64,000 bases of DNA, from the NCBI GenBank assembly GCA_963769025.1, contig CAVYKI010000003.1, positions 1,280,001 through 1,344,000 of the forward strand, in the 5' to 3' direction. The stretch comes from an uncultured Verrucomicrobiae bacterium (GTDB lineage Bacteria > Verrucomicrobiota > Verrucomicrobiia > Chthoniobacterales > Chthoniobacteraceae). How positions within the stretch are numbered: the stretch's first letter is position 1; each line of letters opens with the position of its first letter. Positions 41,694 to 51,919 of this stretch are shown here, one piece after another. The notes under the pieces are model-generated. The model did no database searches and had not been told where the DNA came from. It saw only the letters and a program-made list of their open reading frames with translations. A program made the translations under genes and the position numbers.

Positions 41694-41936
41694 GGGAGGG
41701 ACGATACCGGATGCCCGCTATCGCCAAGGCTCTCCCGGGCGCGATGCGGAGCGGGGCTTGGAAGGCACGCATGCGGCGGCATGGCTCCTGCTTTCTCACC
41801 TTTGCAAATTCCAAGCAACATCACCAACCAACCGCCCGCCGATCGGCGGGGTCGCTTCCCGCGCAGCGCTCGGAGGAGCGGCCTTCATGCGGAGACATCC
41901 GCAGTGTCTGCCCGGCTCGATGCAACCCTGCCATTT

Positions 41937-43211
41937 ATGACACCAGCCCCGATCCCCGCCAATGAAACCGAGCGTCTTGCCGCCCTCGCGCGGTACGACA
42001 TCCTCGACACGGAGGCCGAGCTGGAGTTCGACGATTTCACCTGGCTGGCTTCGCAGATCTGCGGGACGCCCATCGCGCTCATCTCTCTGGTGGATGCCGA
42101 GCGGCAGTGGTTCAAGAGCAAGGTGGGACTCGATGCCAGCGAGACTCCGCGGGAACTCGCGTTTTGCGCGCACGCCATCCATGGAACGGAGCTTTTTGAA
42201 GTCCCAAATGCGCTGGACGACGGGCGCTTTGCCGACAATCCGCTGGTCACGGGCGCACCGGACATCCGTTTTTACGCCGGATCGCCGCTCACCACGCCGT
42301 CTGGATTGCGGCTCGGCACGCTGTGCGTCATCGACCGGGTGGCCCGGAACCTCACTGCCGAGCAGCGGGAATCCCTCGCCCGCCTCGGGCGGCAGGTGGT
42401 CGCGCAACTGGAACTGCGGCTCGCCAAGAAGGAACTCGAGGAGCGGCTGGCCTCGCAGGAAAAGGCGGAAAAGAAAATCAAGACACTGCACGCCGACTTG
42501 AAACGTCACGCGACGCAGATCGAGCAGGCCAATCGTGAACTGACGGATTTTGCCTATGTCGTGTCGCACGATCTGAAGGCGCCGCTTCGCGGAATCGCCT
42601 CGCTGGCCGGCTGGCTTTCCACGGATTACGCCGGGAAGATCGGAGCGGAGGGACAGGAACAACTCGGATTGATGGTCGGTCGCGTGAAACGGATGAATGC
42701 GCTGATCGACGGCATCCTGACTTACTCGCGCGCGGGACGTTCGCGGGAAGCGCGCGTGGAAATGGACCTCGCGAAGCTCGTGCCGAACGTGATCGATCTG
42801 CTCGCGGTGCCGCCGCACATTCTTGTGGAAGTGACGGGCCCGATGCCGCGCGTGATGATCGAGCCTACGAAGGCGCAGCAGGTTTTCCAAAACCTGCTCA
42901 GCAACGCGATCAAGTACATGGACAAGCCGCAGGGCGTCGTCCGCGTGGGCTGCGAGGCGGACGGGGAGGAATTCTGGCGGTTCTCCGTGTCGGACAACGG
43001 GCCGGGCATCGAGGAGAAATACTTCGAGAAGGTCTTCCAGCTCTTCCAGACGCTCGCTCCGCGCGACTCGGTGGAAGGCACCGGCGTCGGGCTCGCCCTC
43101 GTCAAGAAAATCGTGGAAACCGAAGGCGGCCGTGTGTGGCTGGAGTCCACCCCGGGCGAGGGCACTGCCTTCCACTTCACCCTTCCGCAAATGCCCACCT
43201 TTGCGATCTAA
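41937..43211 (+). CDS. GAF-domain sensor histidine kinase
   Basis: NETERLAALARYDILDT...RFYAG...GTLCVID (GAF); FAYVVSHDLKAPLR (H-box); NLLSNAIKY, DNGPGI, GTGVGL. Confidence 0.93.
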   Translation: MTPAPIPANETERLAALARYDILDTEAELEFDDFTWLASQICGTPIALISLVDAERQWFKSKVGLDASETPRELAFCAHAIHGTELFEVPNALDDGRFADNPLVTGAPDIRFYAGSPLTTPSGLRLGTLCVIDRVARNLTAEQRESLARLGRQVVAQLELRLAKKELEERLASQEKAEKKIKTLHADLKRHATQIEQANRELTDFAYVVSHDLKAPLRGIASLAGWLSTDYAGKIGAEGQEQLGLMVGRVKRMNALIDGILTYSRAGRSREARVEMDLAKLVPNVIDLLAVPPHILVEVTGPMPRVMIEPTKAQQVFQNLLSNAIKYMDKPQGVVRVGCEADGEEFWRFSVSDNGPGIEEKYFEKVFQLFQTLAPRDSVEGTGVGLALVKKIVETEGGRVWLESTPGEGTAFHFTLPQMPTFAI

Positions 43212-43231
43212 ACGGCTGAGAAACCACACCC

Positions 43232-43645
43232 ATGAAACCCGACCAGGCACTGCTTCTCGTGGAAGACGACAGCATCGACGCGATGACCGTCCGGCGCTCG
43301 CTGCGCGAATTGGGATCGCCCAATCCCCTGCATCACGTCACCGACGGCGAGGCAGCCCTCGCGTTTCTGCGCGACCCCGCCAATCCGCGGCCGGGGCTGA
43401 TCCTGCTCGATATCAACATGCCGCGCATGAACGGCATCGAGTTCCTGGAGCATGCCAAGAAGGACCCGGACTTGTGTTCCATCCCGGTCGTCGTGCTCAC
43501 CACGTCCAAGGAAGACACCGACCGCTTCAACTCATTCAGCAAAAATGTCGCCGGCTACATGGTGAAGCCGGTGGACTACGATCAGTTCGTCGAGGTCATG
43601 CGGAAAATCCGCGACTACTGGATGCTGAGCGAATCCGCCAACTGA
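43232..43645 (+). CDS. Single-domain response regulator (Rcp1-like)
   Basis: LLVEDD, ILLDINMPRMNG, VLTTS, YMVKPVD, YW near the C-terminus. Confidence 0.92.
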   Translation: MKPDQALLLVEDDSIDAMTVRRSLRELGSPNPLHHVTDGEAALAFLRDPANPRPGLILLDINMPRMNGIEFLEHAKKDPDLCSIPVVVLTTSKEDTDRFNSFSKNVAGYMVKPVDYDQFVEVMRKIRDYWMLSESAN

Positions 43646-43657
43646 ACCCGCCCTGTC

Positions 43658-44665
43658 ATGTCGAACCCAATTTCCATTCTGCTCATCGAGGACGACATCG
43701 TCGATCAGATGGCATTCACCGCACTCGTCGAGAGCGAAAAGCTGCCGTATCAGGTGCAAATCGCAGGCTCGGTCGCCGAGGCCAGGCAGCTCCTGACATC
43801 CTGCCTGTTCGACCTCGTCATCACCGACTACCGGTTGCCCGACGGCACGTCGTTTGAGCTCTTCGACATACTGGAAAACAGGCTGGTGATCTTCGCCACA
43901 GGCGCAGGCGACGAGGAGACGGCCGCGAAGGCCCTGCACCTCGGAGTGCGTGACTACCTGATCAAGGATCCCGAGCGCAAATACCTGAGACTTCTTCCCC
44001 ACCGGGTGAATTCCGTGATGCGCCAAGCACGCGGCGAGAAGGCCCTGCGGGAAAGCGAAGAGCGCTACCGGGAGCTTTTTGAAGGCGCGAGCGATCTGAT
44101 CCAGGGCGTCGCGCTCGATGGCTCGATCCTGTTTGTGAATCGTGCGTGGAGGGAGGCATTCGGCTATAGCGAGGAGGAGGTCCGCGGGCTGAAGCTGATG
44201 GACATCATCCATCCGTCCTCGCTCGCCCATTGCATGGAGGCCTTCCACCGGGTGATCCACGGAAATCCCGCCCGCGACGTCGCAGCGACCTTTGTGACGC
44301 GGGAAGGCAAGGAGATCATCCTCGAGGGCAACGCCGACTGCCATTTCGTGGACGGCAAGCCCGCTTCGACGCGGGCGATTTTCCGCGACATCACGGAAAA
44401 GAAACGTGCGGAGGAAGCGCTCCGCCTGGCAAACGAGGAACTCACGCGCGCCCTCGCCGAGGTGAAGCAACTCGAGGGACTCCTGCCGATCTGCATGTAC
44501 TGCAAAAAAATCCGCGACGACGACAACGACTGGCAGGAGGTGGAGACGTACGTGCGGCAGCGCACGGAGGCGAAATTCACCGACGGAATCTGTCCCTGCT
44601 GCCTGGACCAATGGAAAGAGGCCTACGACTCGGGTGCGACGACGTTCGGAGCGCGCACGATTTAA
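43658..44665 (+). CDS. Response regulator with PAS domain and Cys-rich C-terminal domain
   Basis: LIEDD...VITDYRLPDG receiver; PAS (FVNRAW...IIHP...RDITE); LLPICMYCKKIRD...FTDGICPCC. Confidence 0.9.
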   Translation: MSNPISILLIEDDIVDQMAFTALVESEKLPYQVQIAGSVAEARQLLTSCLFDLVITDYRLPDGTSFELFDILENRLVIFATGAGDEETAAKALHLGVRDYLIKDPERKYLRLLPHRVNSVMRQARGEKALRESEERYRELFEGASDLIQGVALDGSILFVNRAWREAFGYSEEEVRGLKLMDIIHPSSLAHCMEAFHRVIHGNPARDVAATFVTREGKEIILEGNADCHFVDGKPASTRAIFRDITEKKRAEEALRLANEELTRALAEVKQLEGLLPICMYCKKIRDDDNDWQEVETYVRQRTEAKFTDGICPCCLDQWKEAYDSGATTFGARTI

Positions 44666-44703
44666 CTTCGATAGGTGAGCGGCGCTGAGATCGCTCGGCC
44701 TGG

Positions 44704-45243
44704 TCACGGCAGCAGACGTTTGCTCATCCGGACGACAGGCAATTTCAATCCGCCGCGCATCGGCACCTCGTAGCGCTCGACGACCGCGTAGGCAGAGCTG
44801 GCATACAGCGGTTCGCCGGCGAGGGTGGCGACGAGTTCGGCGGAGCGGAAACCGTTCTTCACGACTGCTTCCTCGCACGCCGCAAGGATCGCGCGTCCGA
44901 TCCCGCGCCTCGCAAAATCCGGATGCACGAAAAAGGCGCGGATCCGTGCCGGGTCGCGCGCCGGATCGATCAATCCGTCCTCGCCGGAACGAGCGCGATC
45001 GCCGCCGAAGACCGCCTTGCGCCGGCTCCATCCGCCGCAGCCGACGATGTGCCCCGCATCTTCCACGACAAAGTAAGTGCCGTCCGTGATGAGCTGCCGA
45101 TCCACGCCGAAGACCGGCCCGAGCGCGGCCTCCATCTGCGCGGGCGAGTAATGCGCGGCCTGGAGCGCACGGACCGAGAGCGGGATGAGTTCCTCCAGCG
45201 CGGGAACGTCGTCCATCCGGGCCGGGCGCAACGTCCAGTTCAC
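44704..45243 (-). CDS. GNAT family N-acetyltransferase
   Basis: GTG start; [35 protein letters not shown]. Confidence 0.88.
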   Translation of the reverse strand: MNWTLRPARMDDVPALEELIPLSVRALQAAHYSPAQMEAALGPVFGVDRQLITDGTYFVVEDAGHIVGCGGWSRRKAVFGGDRARSGEDGLIDPARDPARIRAFFVHPDFARRGIGRAILAACEEAVVKNGFRSAELVATLAGEPLYASSAYAVVERYEVPMRGGLKLPVVRMSKRLLP

Positions 45244-45257
45244 CGGGCAGCGGTCCT

Positions 45258-46533
45258 TTAAACGGGGAGGCTCTTCCGCAGCATCGCCGTCATTTCCTGC
45301 TGGCGCTGCTCCACAAACTGCGCGGGCCTTCGCCGCCTTCGCCTTTGCGGCGGCGGGATCCTTTGCGAGCGCGAGCACGGTGTCGGCGACGCGCGCAAGT
45401 TCGTCGTCCTTGTCCAGATCGAAGAGCCAGTCACCGAGCCCGATGTCGCGCCACATGATGCCCTTGCTCGTCTGCTCCGCCCAGCGGCAGACGATGGCGG
45501 GGATGCCGTTGCCGATGCACATGATGGGCGAATGCATCTCGTGCCCGAACAGGCCCGCGCTGCGGCGGTACGTGCTGAGCGCCTCGTCGGTGAGCCAGTA
45601 ATTTTCGCGCCAGACGCAACGCGCGCGGATGTCATCGGGCAGTTTGTCGAAGAGGTTCTCCTTGTTCACCGCCATCTGCGTCTCGTCCTCGGGGCAGAGC
45701 AAAATCTTGAGGTCGGTGTTCTTGATCACGGCGGTGATCGCATCGCGCAGCGGCTTGCAATCGTGCTCCTTCATCTCCTCGTTCCGCGCGTGCTTCTTCT
45801 CGTCGAATGCGGCCTTCTTGCTCGCGACCTTCCAGTACGGCGTGTAGCGCAGGCGCGGGATGCAGCAGAGGAATTTCCCCTCCTCCAGTCCGTTTGCTTT
45901 CAGGAATGCATCGGCCTTCGCGTCGTCGCGCAGGTCCGTGGCAAATGCACCGTCCGGCCCGAACTCCATCACGGGGCTCGTGCAGCCGCGCTTCTTCGCG
46001 AGGTCGAGCGAGACCGAGTCGCGGAAGTACACGAACTTCGCGCCGCTGAGCAATTGGACCGTCTGCGAAATGACACCGTCGGGCGTCGCCTTTGTGGATG
46101 AGGAACTGGTCACCGGCAGCGTGATGCCGAAGACGCCGTACGGCTTGCCGGTTTCCTTGGCCCACTTCGCGAGTTCCCGCTCGCCGACGAGCGACGGGCC
46201 CGATCCGTGGAGCATGAAGTCGCATTCCGCGAACGCGGTCTTCTTCTCCTCCGCGTCCTTGAGGATGATCAGCTTCGGAAAGCGCGCGCGCAGCATTTCC
46301 TCGACGCCGTTGCCCACGCTGCTCGGCCAGAGGCGCACCTCGGCCTCCGGCAGATGCTTTTCCAAGATCGCGAGCACGCCCGGCGTGTGCGCGATGTCGC
46401 CGATGTTCACCGTCTGCCACGACGAGCGGAGCAGGATGCGCGGCGCGCGCTTTTCGGCGGAGAATAGATTCGGGGCGAGCGCGGCGGCCGTGATCGCTGT
46501 GGCGGATTGGGTGAGGAAGGTCCTGCGGTTCAT
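45258..46533 (-). CDS. Tat-exported polysaccharide pyruvyl transferase family protein (frameshift near 45320)
   Basis: MNRRTFL Tat motif; [37 protein letters not shown]; true end [12 protein letters not shown] at 45258. Confidence 0.78.
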
Positions 46534-47831
46534 TTGGTGAGGGATGGCAGTTTGTCGCTGATTGGGGTTTCGCCGCGAAGCAATTTTCCACCCGCGCCGG
46601 TCAGGCGGAGGTAGAAGTCGGAGGGCAGCGATTCGTAGGTGATGAAATGAGACTGATCACTGACGGGCGCGTCGTTCGTGCATTTGAAAATGGCGGTGCC
46701 CTCGTCCACCTCGTCGAACATCGCGACGTAGATCATCTCCGCGCCGGCGCGTTTCGCGGCGGTGAATTGCGACCAGAGGAATTCGCCCTTGCGCCGCGGG
46801 ATGGAGTCGGGCGGGCCCCCGTGCATGTTGTGCCAACTGAAGCCCGGGAAGACGACGGGGAGGTAGTCGAGCTTTGCCTCCGCGCACCACGCGAGGTCGG
46901 GCTTCAGGAATTTCTCCTCGTGCCGCGCCACGCCCGCGGCGTCGCGATAGCGGCCGACGGTCCACGGGCTGACGACATCGGCGAGCTTCAGCACGTCGTG
47001 CAGCGCAGGATCGGCGAGCGCGTCGTTCTTCAGCTCGCGCCAGTGCGTCGGCACGCCGAGCATTACGGAGCAGCCGTCCTTTTTCAAAAACTCCACGAGC
47101 TGCCTTGTCTCGGCCAATGTGTATTTCCGATCGTCGCTGAAGCCGACGCCCCACACGGCGACGAGCGGCTTGCCGCGATGGCGCAGGTACGCGGGGCTGT
47201 CGGTCACGTGCAGTTCGGCGCGCAGCGAACGCCAGTCGTCCATCACCTGCTGCATGCGATCCGCGCGGAGACCGCTGAGGTCGTACATCACGACGAAAGC
47301 GCGCCCGGCCTCCTCGGCACCGTCGCGGCAGTGGGAGAGCACGGTGTTGTTGTGCCGGAGAACTTTCGGATCGCGGAGATCCGCGGCAAAGCGCTGCACG
47401 AATGCGCCATCGATCCCGTAATCGCGCATCCATTCAAAATGCCGGAGCACGGTTTTCCTTTTGAACGAGCTGAACACCTCGGCAACGCGCCCGTCCGCAT
47501 GCTTGAAGCCGGTGGCGAAACGCTCGTCCGCATCGAGGTCGGAGACATCGGGCCACAGATCGATCTTCGCGTTGCCCGGCGCGAACGGCCCGCGGCCTTT
47601 GGTCCAATGCACCCAGCCGCGCTCCGCGCCGTCGCCTTCGCAGTTGAACCAGCCCTGATAGCCGCACATCACTTTCCCGGCGAGAGTGCCCGCATCCACG
47701 CGCGGCGCGGCGGCAGTCGCGATGTGGCCGAGCGGGAGGACGAGAAAAAGAAGTGCCAACAGCACCCGCAGAAAGCTGCGCGATCCGCAGGCGACTTTTC
47801 CGTGGCTCGCTAGGCCTTCGCCGGCCCGCAT
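46530..47831 (-). CDS. Secreted GH71/GH99-like glycoside hydrolase (start uncertain)
   Basis: [56 protein letters not shown]. Confidence 0.82.
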   Translation of the reverse strand: MRAGEGLASHGKVACGSRSFLRVLLALLFLVLPLGHIATAAAPRVDAGTLAGKVMCGYQGWFNCEGDGAERGWVHWTKGRGPFAPGNAKIDLWPDVSDLDADERFATGFKHADGRVAEVFSSFKRKTVLRHFEWMRDYGIDGAFVQRFAADLRDPKVLRHNNTVLSHCRDGAEEAGRAFVVMYDLSGLRADRMQQVMDDWRSLRAELHVTDSPAYLRHRGKPLVAVWGVGFSDDRKYTLAETRQLVEFLKKDGCSVMLGVPTHWRELKNDALADPALHDVLKLADVVSPWTVGRYRDAAGVARHEEKFLKPDLAWCAEAKLDYLPVVFPGFSWHNMHGGPPDSIPRRKGEFLWSQFTAAKRAGAEMIYVAMFDEVDEGTAIFKCTNDAPVSDQSHFITYESLPSDFYLRLTGAGGKLLRGETPISDKLPSLTK

Positions 47832-48946
47832 GACTCGCGCTCGATGAGATGGGGACCGACGGTCATCCGGATCGAATCAGTCGGGACTCCCTCGCGGATC
47901 TGGCGGTCGGCCTCTTTCACGGCCAAAGAGGCGAGGGCATCCACGGGCAGCACGACGGCGCTCACCGGGATGCAGGCGTCGATCGGCCCCGAGTGATCCG
48001 CGAAAGTAATGACGCTCAGCGCACCCGGCACTTCGATGCCGTGTCGCTGGGCTGCGGCGAGCGCACCGGAGGCCGCATTTTCCGAGAGGCAAAGCAACGC
48101 AGTCGGCGGGGATGGGCGGGTGCGCAGCTGCTCCACGGCTGCTACGCCGGCTTCAAAATTCAGGTTTCCTGCAAAGACGTTCTCCGGCGCGATGGTGAGA
48201 CCGAGATGCCCGGCAGTGTCGCTGATGGCCTGGCTCATCTCCATGAGCCGCGGATCGTGGCTGCCAAACGGGCCGCTGACGATTCCGATGCTGCGGTGCC
48301 CATGCCGGGCGAGCAGGCCAATCGCGAGATCGGCGGCAGCGTTGTAATCCGGCAGCAGGCAGGTCGTCCCAGGGAGGTGTGCGGTGTGCCCGAGAAGGAT
48401 GGCGGGGAGGCCCCGCGCATGCACGACACGGCAGATCGAGTCATTGCCGCTGCCGACACAAAGGATCTTGGACGCGGTGCCGTGTTTCAGCGGGGCGGGA
48501 AGGTCGGTCTCGATGGAATACTCGTGCGCTTCGGAATACAGGATCACCCCGATGCTTGCCGGCTGGACCGGGATTTGGGCCATCAACGCCGCTGTGAGAC
48601 GCGCGACGAACGGATTTGCGATTCCACCGGGGATCTTGTCGGAGACGAGCAGGCAGGTTTCCCCGAGTTCGGGGTAAATGCGGACGACAGCGCGGAGGTC
48701 GTTCGGCACGTAGCCAAGGTCGCGGCAAATCTTGAAGACGCGCTCGCGTGTCTTCGGGCTGACGCGGATGCCGTAGTCGCGATCATTGAGGAGCGAGGAT
48801 ATCGCTCCTTGGGAAATACCGGACGCGCGTGCAATGTGGGCCATCGTCACGGACTTGGCACCGCCATTGCCACGCGAAATGGAACCTCGGTTCTGTGGCT
48901 CCCCCCGGGCGCTGTCGCCGGTGAAACCCTCGCTGGGCACGCTCAT
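47810..48946 (-). CDS. LacI family transcriptional regulator
   Basis: VTMAHIARASGISQGAISSLLN HTH, TRERV...LGYVPN, PTALLC, IEVPGALSV, LIERESC. Confidence 0.9.
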   Translation of the reverse strand: MSVPSEGFTGDSARGEPQNRGSISRGNGGAKSVTMAHIARASGISQGAISSLLNDRDYGIRVSPKTRERVFKICRDLGYVPNDLRAVVRIYPELGETCLLVSDKIPGGIANPFVARLTAALMAQIPVQPASIGVILYSEAHEYSIETDLPAPLKHGTASKILCVGSGNDSICRVVHARGLPAILLGHTAHLPGTTCLLPDYNAAADLAIGLLARHGHRSIGIVSGPFGSHDPRLMEMSQAISDTAGHLGLTIAPENVFAGNLNFEAGVAAVEQLRTRPSPPTALLCLSENAASGALAAAQRHGIEVPGALSVITFADHSGPIDACIPVSAVVLPVDALASLAVKEADRQIREGVPTDSIRMTVGPHLIERESCGPAKA

Positions 48947-49082
48947 GTGTTATTATTAAGCCCACAGCCGCCGCCTTACAAAGACAAATAATGACCCAAT
49001 CTTGACAGTTTGCGGCATCTCCAAAATCCCGGGCTGCGAATTACCGTTTCGCGCACGGACTACCGTGCGGCGAAAACAGCCG

Positions 49083-50966
49083 CTATTCGTCCGGCAGCAC
49101 CTGCTTCACGAGCCGCGCCACGCCGTCCCGGGCAAAATCGCTCGCGGGGTACATCTTCTGGGCCTTGAGGTAGTGGGCAAGGCTGGAGCCGACCTGGTCG
49201 CGCTTTTCGAGGTCCTCCGCGCTCCGGATGACTTTCACAAAGTCGCTCGCACGCGTGGTCATGTCCGCCCGCTGCTGGTTAAGCTTTGCGTCATCAGGGA
49301 ATTCCGTCCACGCGCGCTCGAGGCCCTCCCACGCGCCGGCGTTGTTGCCCGTGCGCGACATCTCCTCGGCACGCATCAGCGAAGCCTCGATGGTCTCCAT
49401 GTTCTTCATCACCTTTTCGAGCGTCTGCTTGCGGTCGGGATTCACCGCCACGGCCGCGATGAAGCGCACCTTGTCGTTCCAAACCTGCCGGAAATTCCGC
49501 TGGCTGATGAGCTGGTCGAACTCGCCCAGCGCCTTCTGCACGATGTCACTCTGGCTAAAAAGTTTTTCAGTCGCCTCCTTGAATTCCGGATTGTTCGGCC
49601 ACACCTCGGCGGCGTCGGTGAGCGCCTTTTCCAGCGTCGGCTTGTCGTTGTTCAGCGCGGCGTCGCGCGCCTTGGCGATGAGCATCCGCGCCTGCACGCG
49701 CGCGCCCTCGATGGCCTGCGTGGGCTTCGAATCGTCAAAGTCATTTGCAACCTTCTTCAGGTCCTTCACGAGTTGCTCCGCGCGGCCGTAGTCGCGCACG
49801 TCGATCGCCGACACGAGCTGGTAGCTCTTCTGCGCAAAATCGAGGCACTTCCGTTTCTTGTCGCGCAGCACGAGCCGCACCTCGGGCATGTACTCGCCGG
49901 TCACGAAGACCTCCTGCATCCGCATCGTCGCGCCATGCATTTCATTTTTCTCGAGCAGGTAATCGAACGCCTTCACGCCCTCGCGCACGTCGCGGATCAT
50001 CTCGTTCGCCATCGAGTCGATGATGCTCACCGTCGGCGGCATGCCCGTGCTCTTGGCAAAAAGATCCGTCGCGTCCTTGCCGAGGTTCAGCTTCGTGTCG
50101 CCGTCCGTGAAAAGCGCCCGGTAGAAGCGCGTCGCCATGAGCACATGCTGGAAGCGCCGCTGGAGGAAGAACTGGACCATCATCGCCTGGAACTCGACCT
50201 TCGCCTGCAGCTCCGAGAGCTCCTTTTTCACCTGGTTGGCCTTGATGCTCGCGAGGCTCTCCGTGAGCCGCCGCGTGTAGCTGGCCGTCTGCGCATCGGT
50301 CTGGTTCGCGGGGTTGATCGCGGAGCCCGTCTTCGGCGCCGCAGCGCCGCCCTTGCCGGTCTGCGGCGTCGCGGGCTTCATCCCCTTTTCCGCATTCACG
50401 ACGCCGATGTTCCATTCGAGCTTTCGCGCAGCTTCCTCGAGCGCGTCGTTCGCGGTCGCCAGCCGCGCCACGTTCCGCTGCGCCTGCCAGACCGAGTACA
50501 CGGCGTCGGCGAGCGAATTGCACAGCCGCGCATCGATGTCGTACTGCCCTGCGTACGGCAGCAGCCGGAAAGCCGCGTCGATATTCTTCACCGTGGCCTG
50601 CCCCGGCGCGAGCAGTCCCAGCACCCGGTCGATGATCTGCCGGTACGCCGCCTCTTCCGCATTCGTGGCCTCGGGCGCGTTCAGGAATTTTTCGAACCGC
50701 GCCTGAAAGATCCGGTTGTTCGTCACATTCCAGTTCTTGCCGTTGAAAGTCATCACCTCCGTGCCGGGGTCGAGCACGGGAATCTCCTGGCCAAAAGGCG
50801 ACCCCGGACCGGGCTTTTTTGCGCCAGCGGGAGAGCCGCCGCCAGCCGGTGCAGCGGCGGGCTGGCCTCCGCCGCCGGGCGCGGGAGCATCCGGCACCTG
50901 CGCGAAGGCCGTGCAGGCGGTCAGGATCGAAAGGGCGAGGATGCGGCGGGATGCTGGGGTAGCCAT
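49083..50966 (-). CDS. Large secreted alpha-helical/TPR-like hypothetical protein
   Basis: Signal peptide MATPASRRILALSILTACTAFA; Pro/Gly linker; coiled-coil and TPR-like C-terminus; clean ORF. Confidence 0.8.
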   Translation of the reverse strand: MATPASRRILALSILTACTAFAQVPDAPAPGGGGQPAAAPAGGGSPAGAKKPGPGSPFGQEIPVLDPGTEVMTFNGKNWNVTNNRIFQARFEKFLNAPEATNAEEAAYRQIIDRVLGLLAPGQATVKNIDAAFRLLPYAGQYDIDARLCNSLADAVYSVWQAQRNVARLATANDALEEAARKLEWNIGVVNAEKGMKPATPQTGKGGAAAPKTGSAINPANQTDAQTASYTRRLTESLASIKANQVKKELSELQAKVEFQAMMVQFFLQRRFQHVLMATRFYRALFTDGDTKLNLGKDATDLFAKSTGMPPTVSIIDSMANEMIRDVREGVKAFDYLLEKNEMHGATMRMQEVFVTGEYMPEVRLVLRDKKRKCLDFAQKSYQLVSAIDVRDYGRAEQLVKDLKKVANDFDDSKPTQAIEGARVQARMLIAKARDAALNNDKPTLEKALTDAAEVWPNNPEFKEATEKLFSQSDIVQKALGEFDQLISQRNFRQVWNDKVRFIAAVAVNPDRKQTLEKVMKNMETIEASLMRAEEMSRTGNNAGAWEGLERAWTEFPDDAKLNQQRADMTTRASDFVKVIRSAEDLEKRDQVGSSLAHYLKAQKMYPASDFARDGVARLVKQVLPDE

Positions 50967-51027
50967 AGGAGGAGGAGCTCGCGGAAGATACCCAACCTCC
51001 GCCCTGATGCAACGACCGCGCGGCTCA

Positions 51028-51919
51028 GAGACTGTGCAAAAAGTCTGCACTATGGTCATTTTAGTACTTGTACGAATTGGAGGAATGGGGTGGAAAGCTT
51101 GGGATGCCGAACCAAGAACCGTATCCGAGTGACCTCAATGAAGTGGAATGGGAGCTGTTGCGCCCGCTGGTGAACGTGCCGGCGAAGCTTGGGCGGCCAC
51201 CGCGCCACGACCGGAGGCTGGTGCTCAATGCCATCTTCTACGTGGTGCGCAGCGGGTGCGCGTGGCGGCTCTTGCCGCATGACCTGCCGCCGTGGCGGCT
51301 GTGCTACTACTACTTTGCCAAGTGGCGGGAGAACGGGCTCTGGGTGCAAATCAACGATCAGCTGCGCGAGGCCGTGCGCGGGAAAGGCGCGAAAAAAAAG
51401 CCCCCAGCGCTGCGATCTTCGACGCGCAGAGTGTTAAAGTGGCTAACCACCCCGGAGTGCGAGGCTACGATGCGGGCAAGAAGATCCGAGGGCGAAAACG
51501 GCATCTGGTGGTAGACACCCTGGGGCTCATCCTGGGCGTCGTGGTCACCGGTGCCGATGTCTCCGATCGCGCCGGATCCCTGCAGGTGCTCCCGCCCGTG
51601 CTGCGCACCCAGCCACGGCTCGGACAGCTGTGGGCGGACGCAGGCTACGCGGGCGGCACGCTCGCCGCAGACTTGCGCGCGCACGCCGCCCATCCGGACC
51701 TGCGCCTGGACATCATCAAACGCAGCGACCCCGCCCCCAAAGGCTTCCAAGTCCAGCCCAAGCGGTGGATCGTCGAACGCACTTTGGGATGGCTCATGCA
51801 GGCGCGCAGACTTGCCCGCGACTACGAAACCAAAACCGCCTCCAGCCAGGCGATGATCCTCATTCAAGCCTCCCGCATCATGCTGCGCAGACTCGCCAAG
51901 TGACTTTTTACACAGTCTC
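51028..51919 (+). mobile_element. IS5-family insertion sequence (IS1031-group-like), 892 bp
   Basis: Left IR gagactgtgcaaaaagtc (51028-51045); right IR reverse complement gagactgtgtaaaaagtc (51902-51919), 17/18 identical; flanked by TCA direct repeats (51025-51027, 51920-51922). Confidence 0.93.
51104..51903 (+). CDS. IS5-family DDE transposase in two frames joined at an A8G tract (51392-51400)
   Basis: YPSDL..EW, NAIFYVVRSGCAWRLLPHDLPPW; AIFDAQSVK, GYDAGKKIRGRKRHLVVDTLG, WADAGY, KRWIVERTLGWL...RRLARDYE. Confidence 0.92.

Noticed and set aside
41145..41936. Long N-terminal extension of the histidine kinase
   Set aside because: It is the antisense of osmC plus intergenic DNA; the kinase starts at 41937
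44704..46533. Apparent pyruvyltransferase-GNAT fusion (609 aa)
   Set aside because: A frameshift near 45320 bypasses the stop at 45258; the GNAT has its own GTG at 45243
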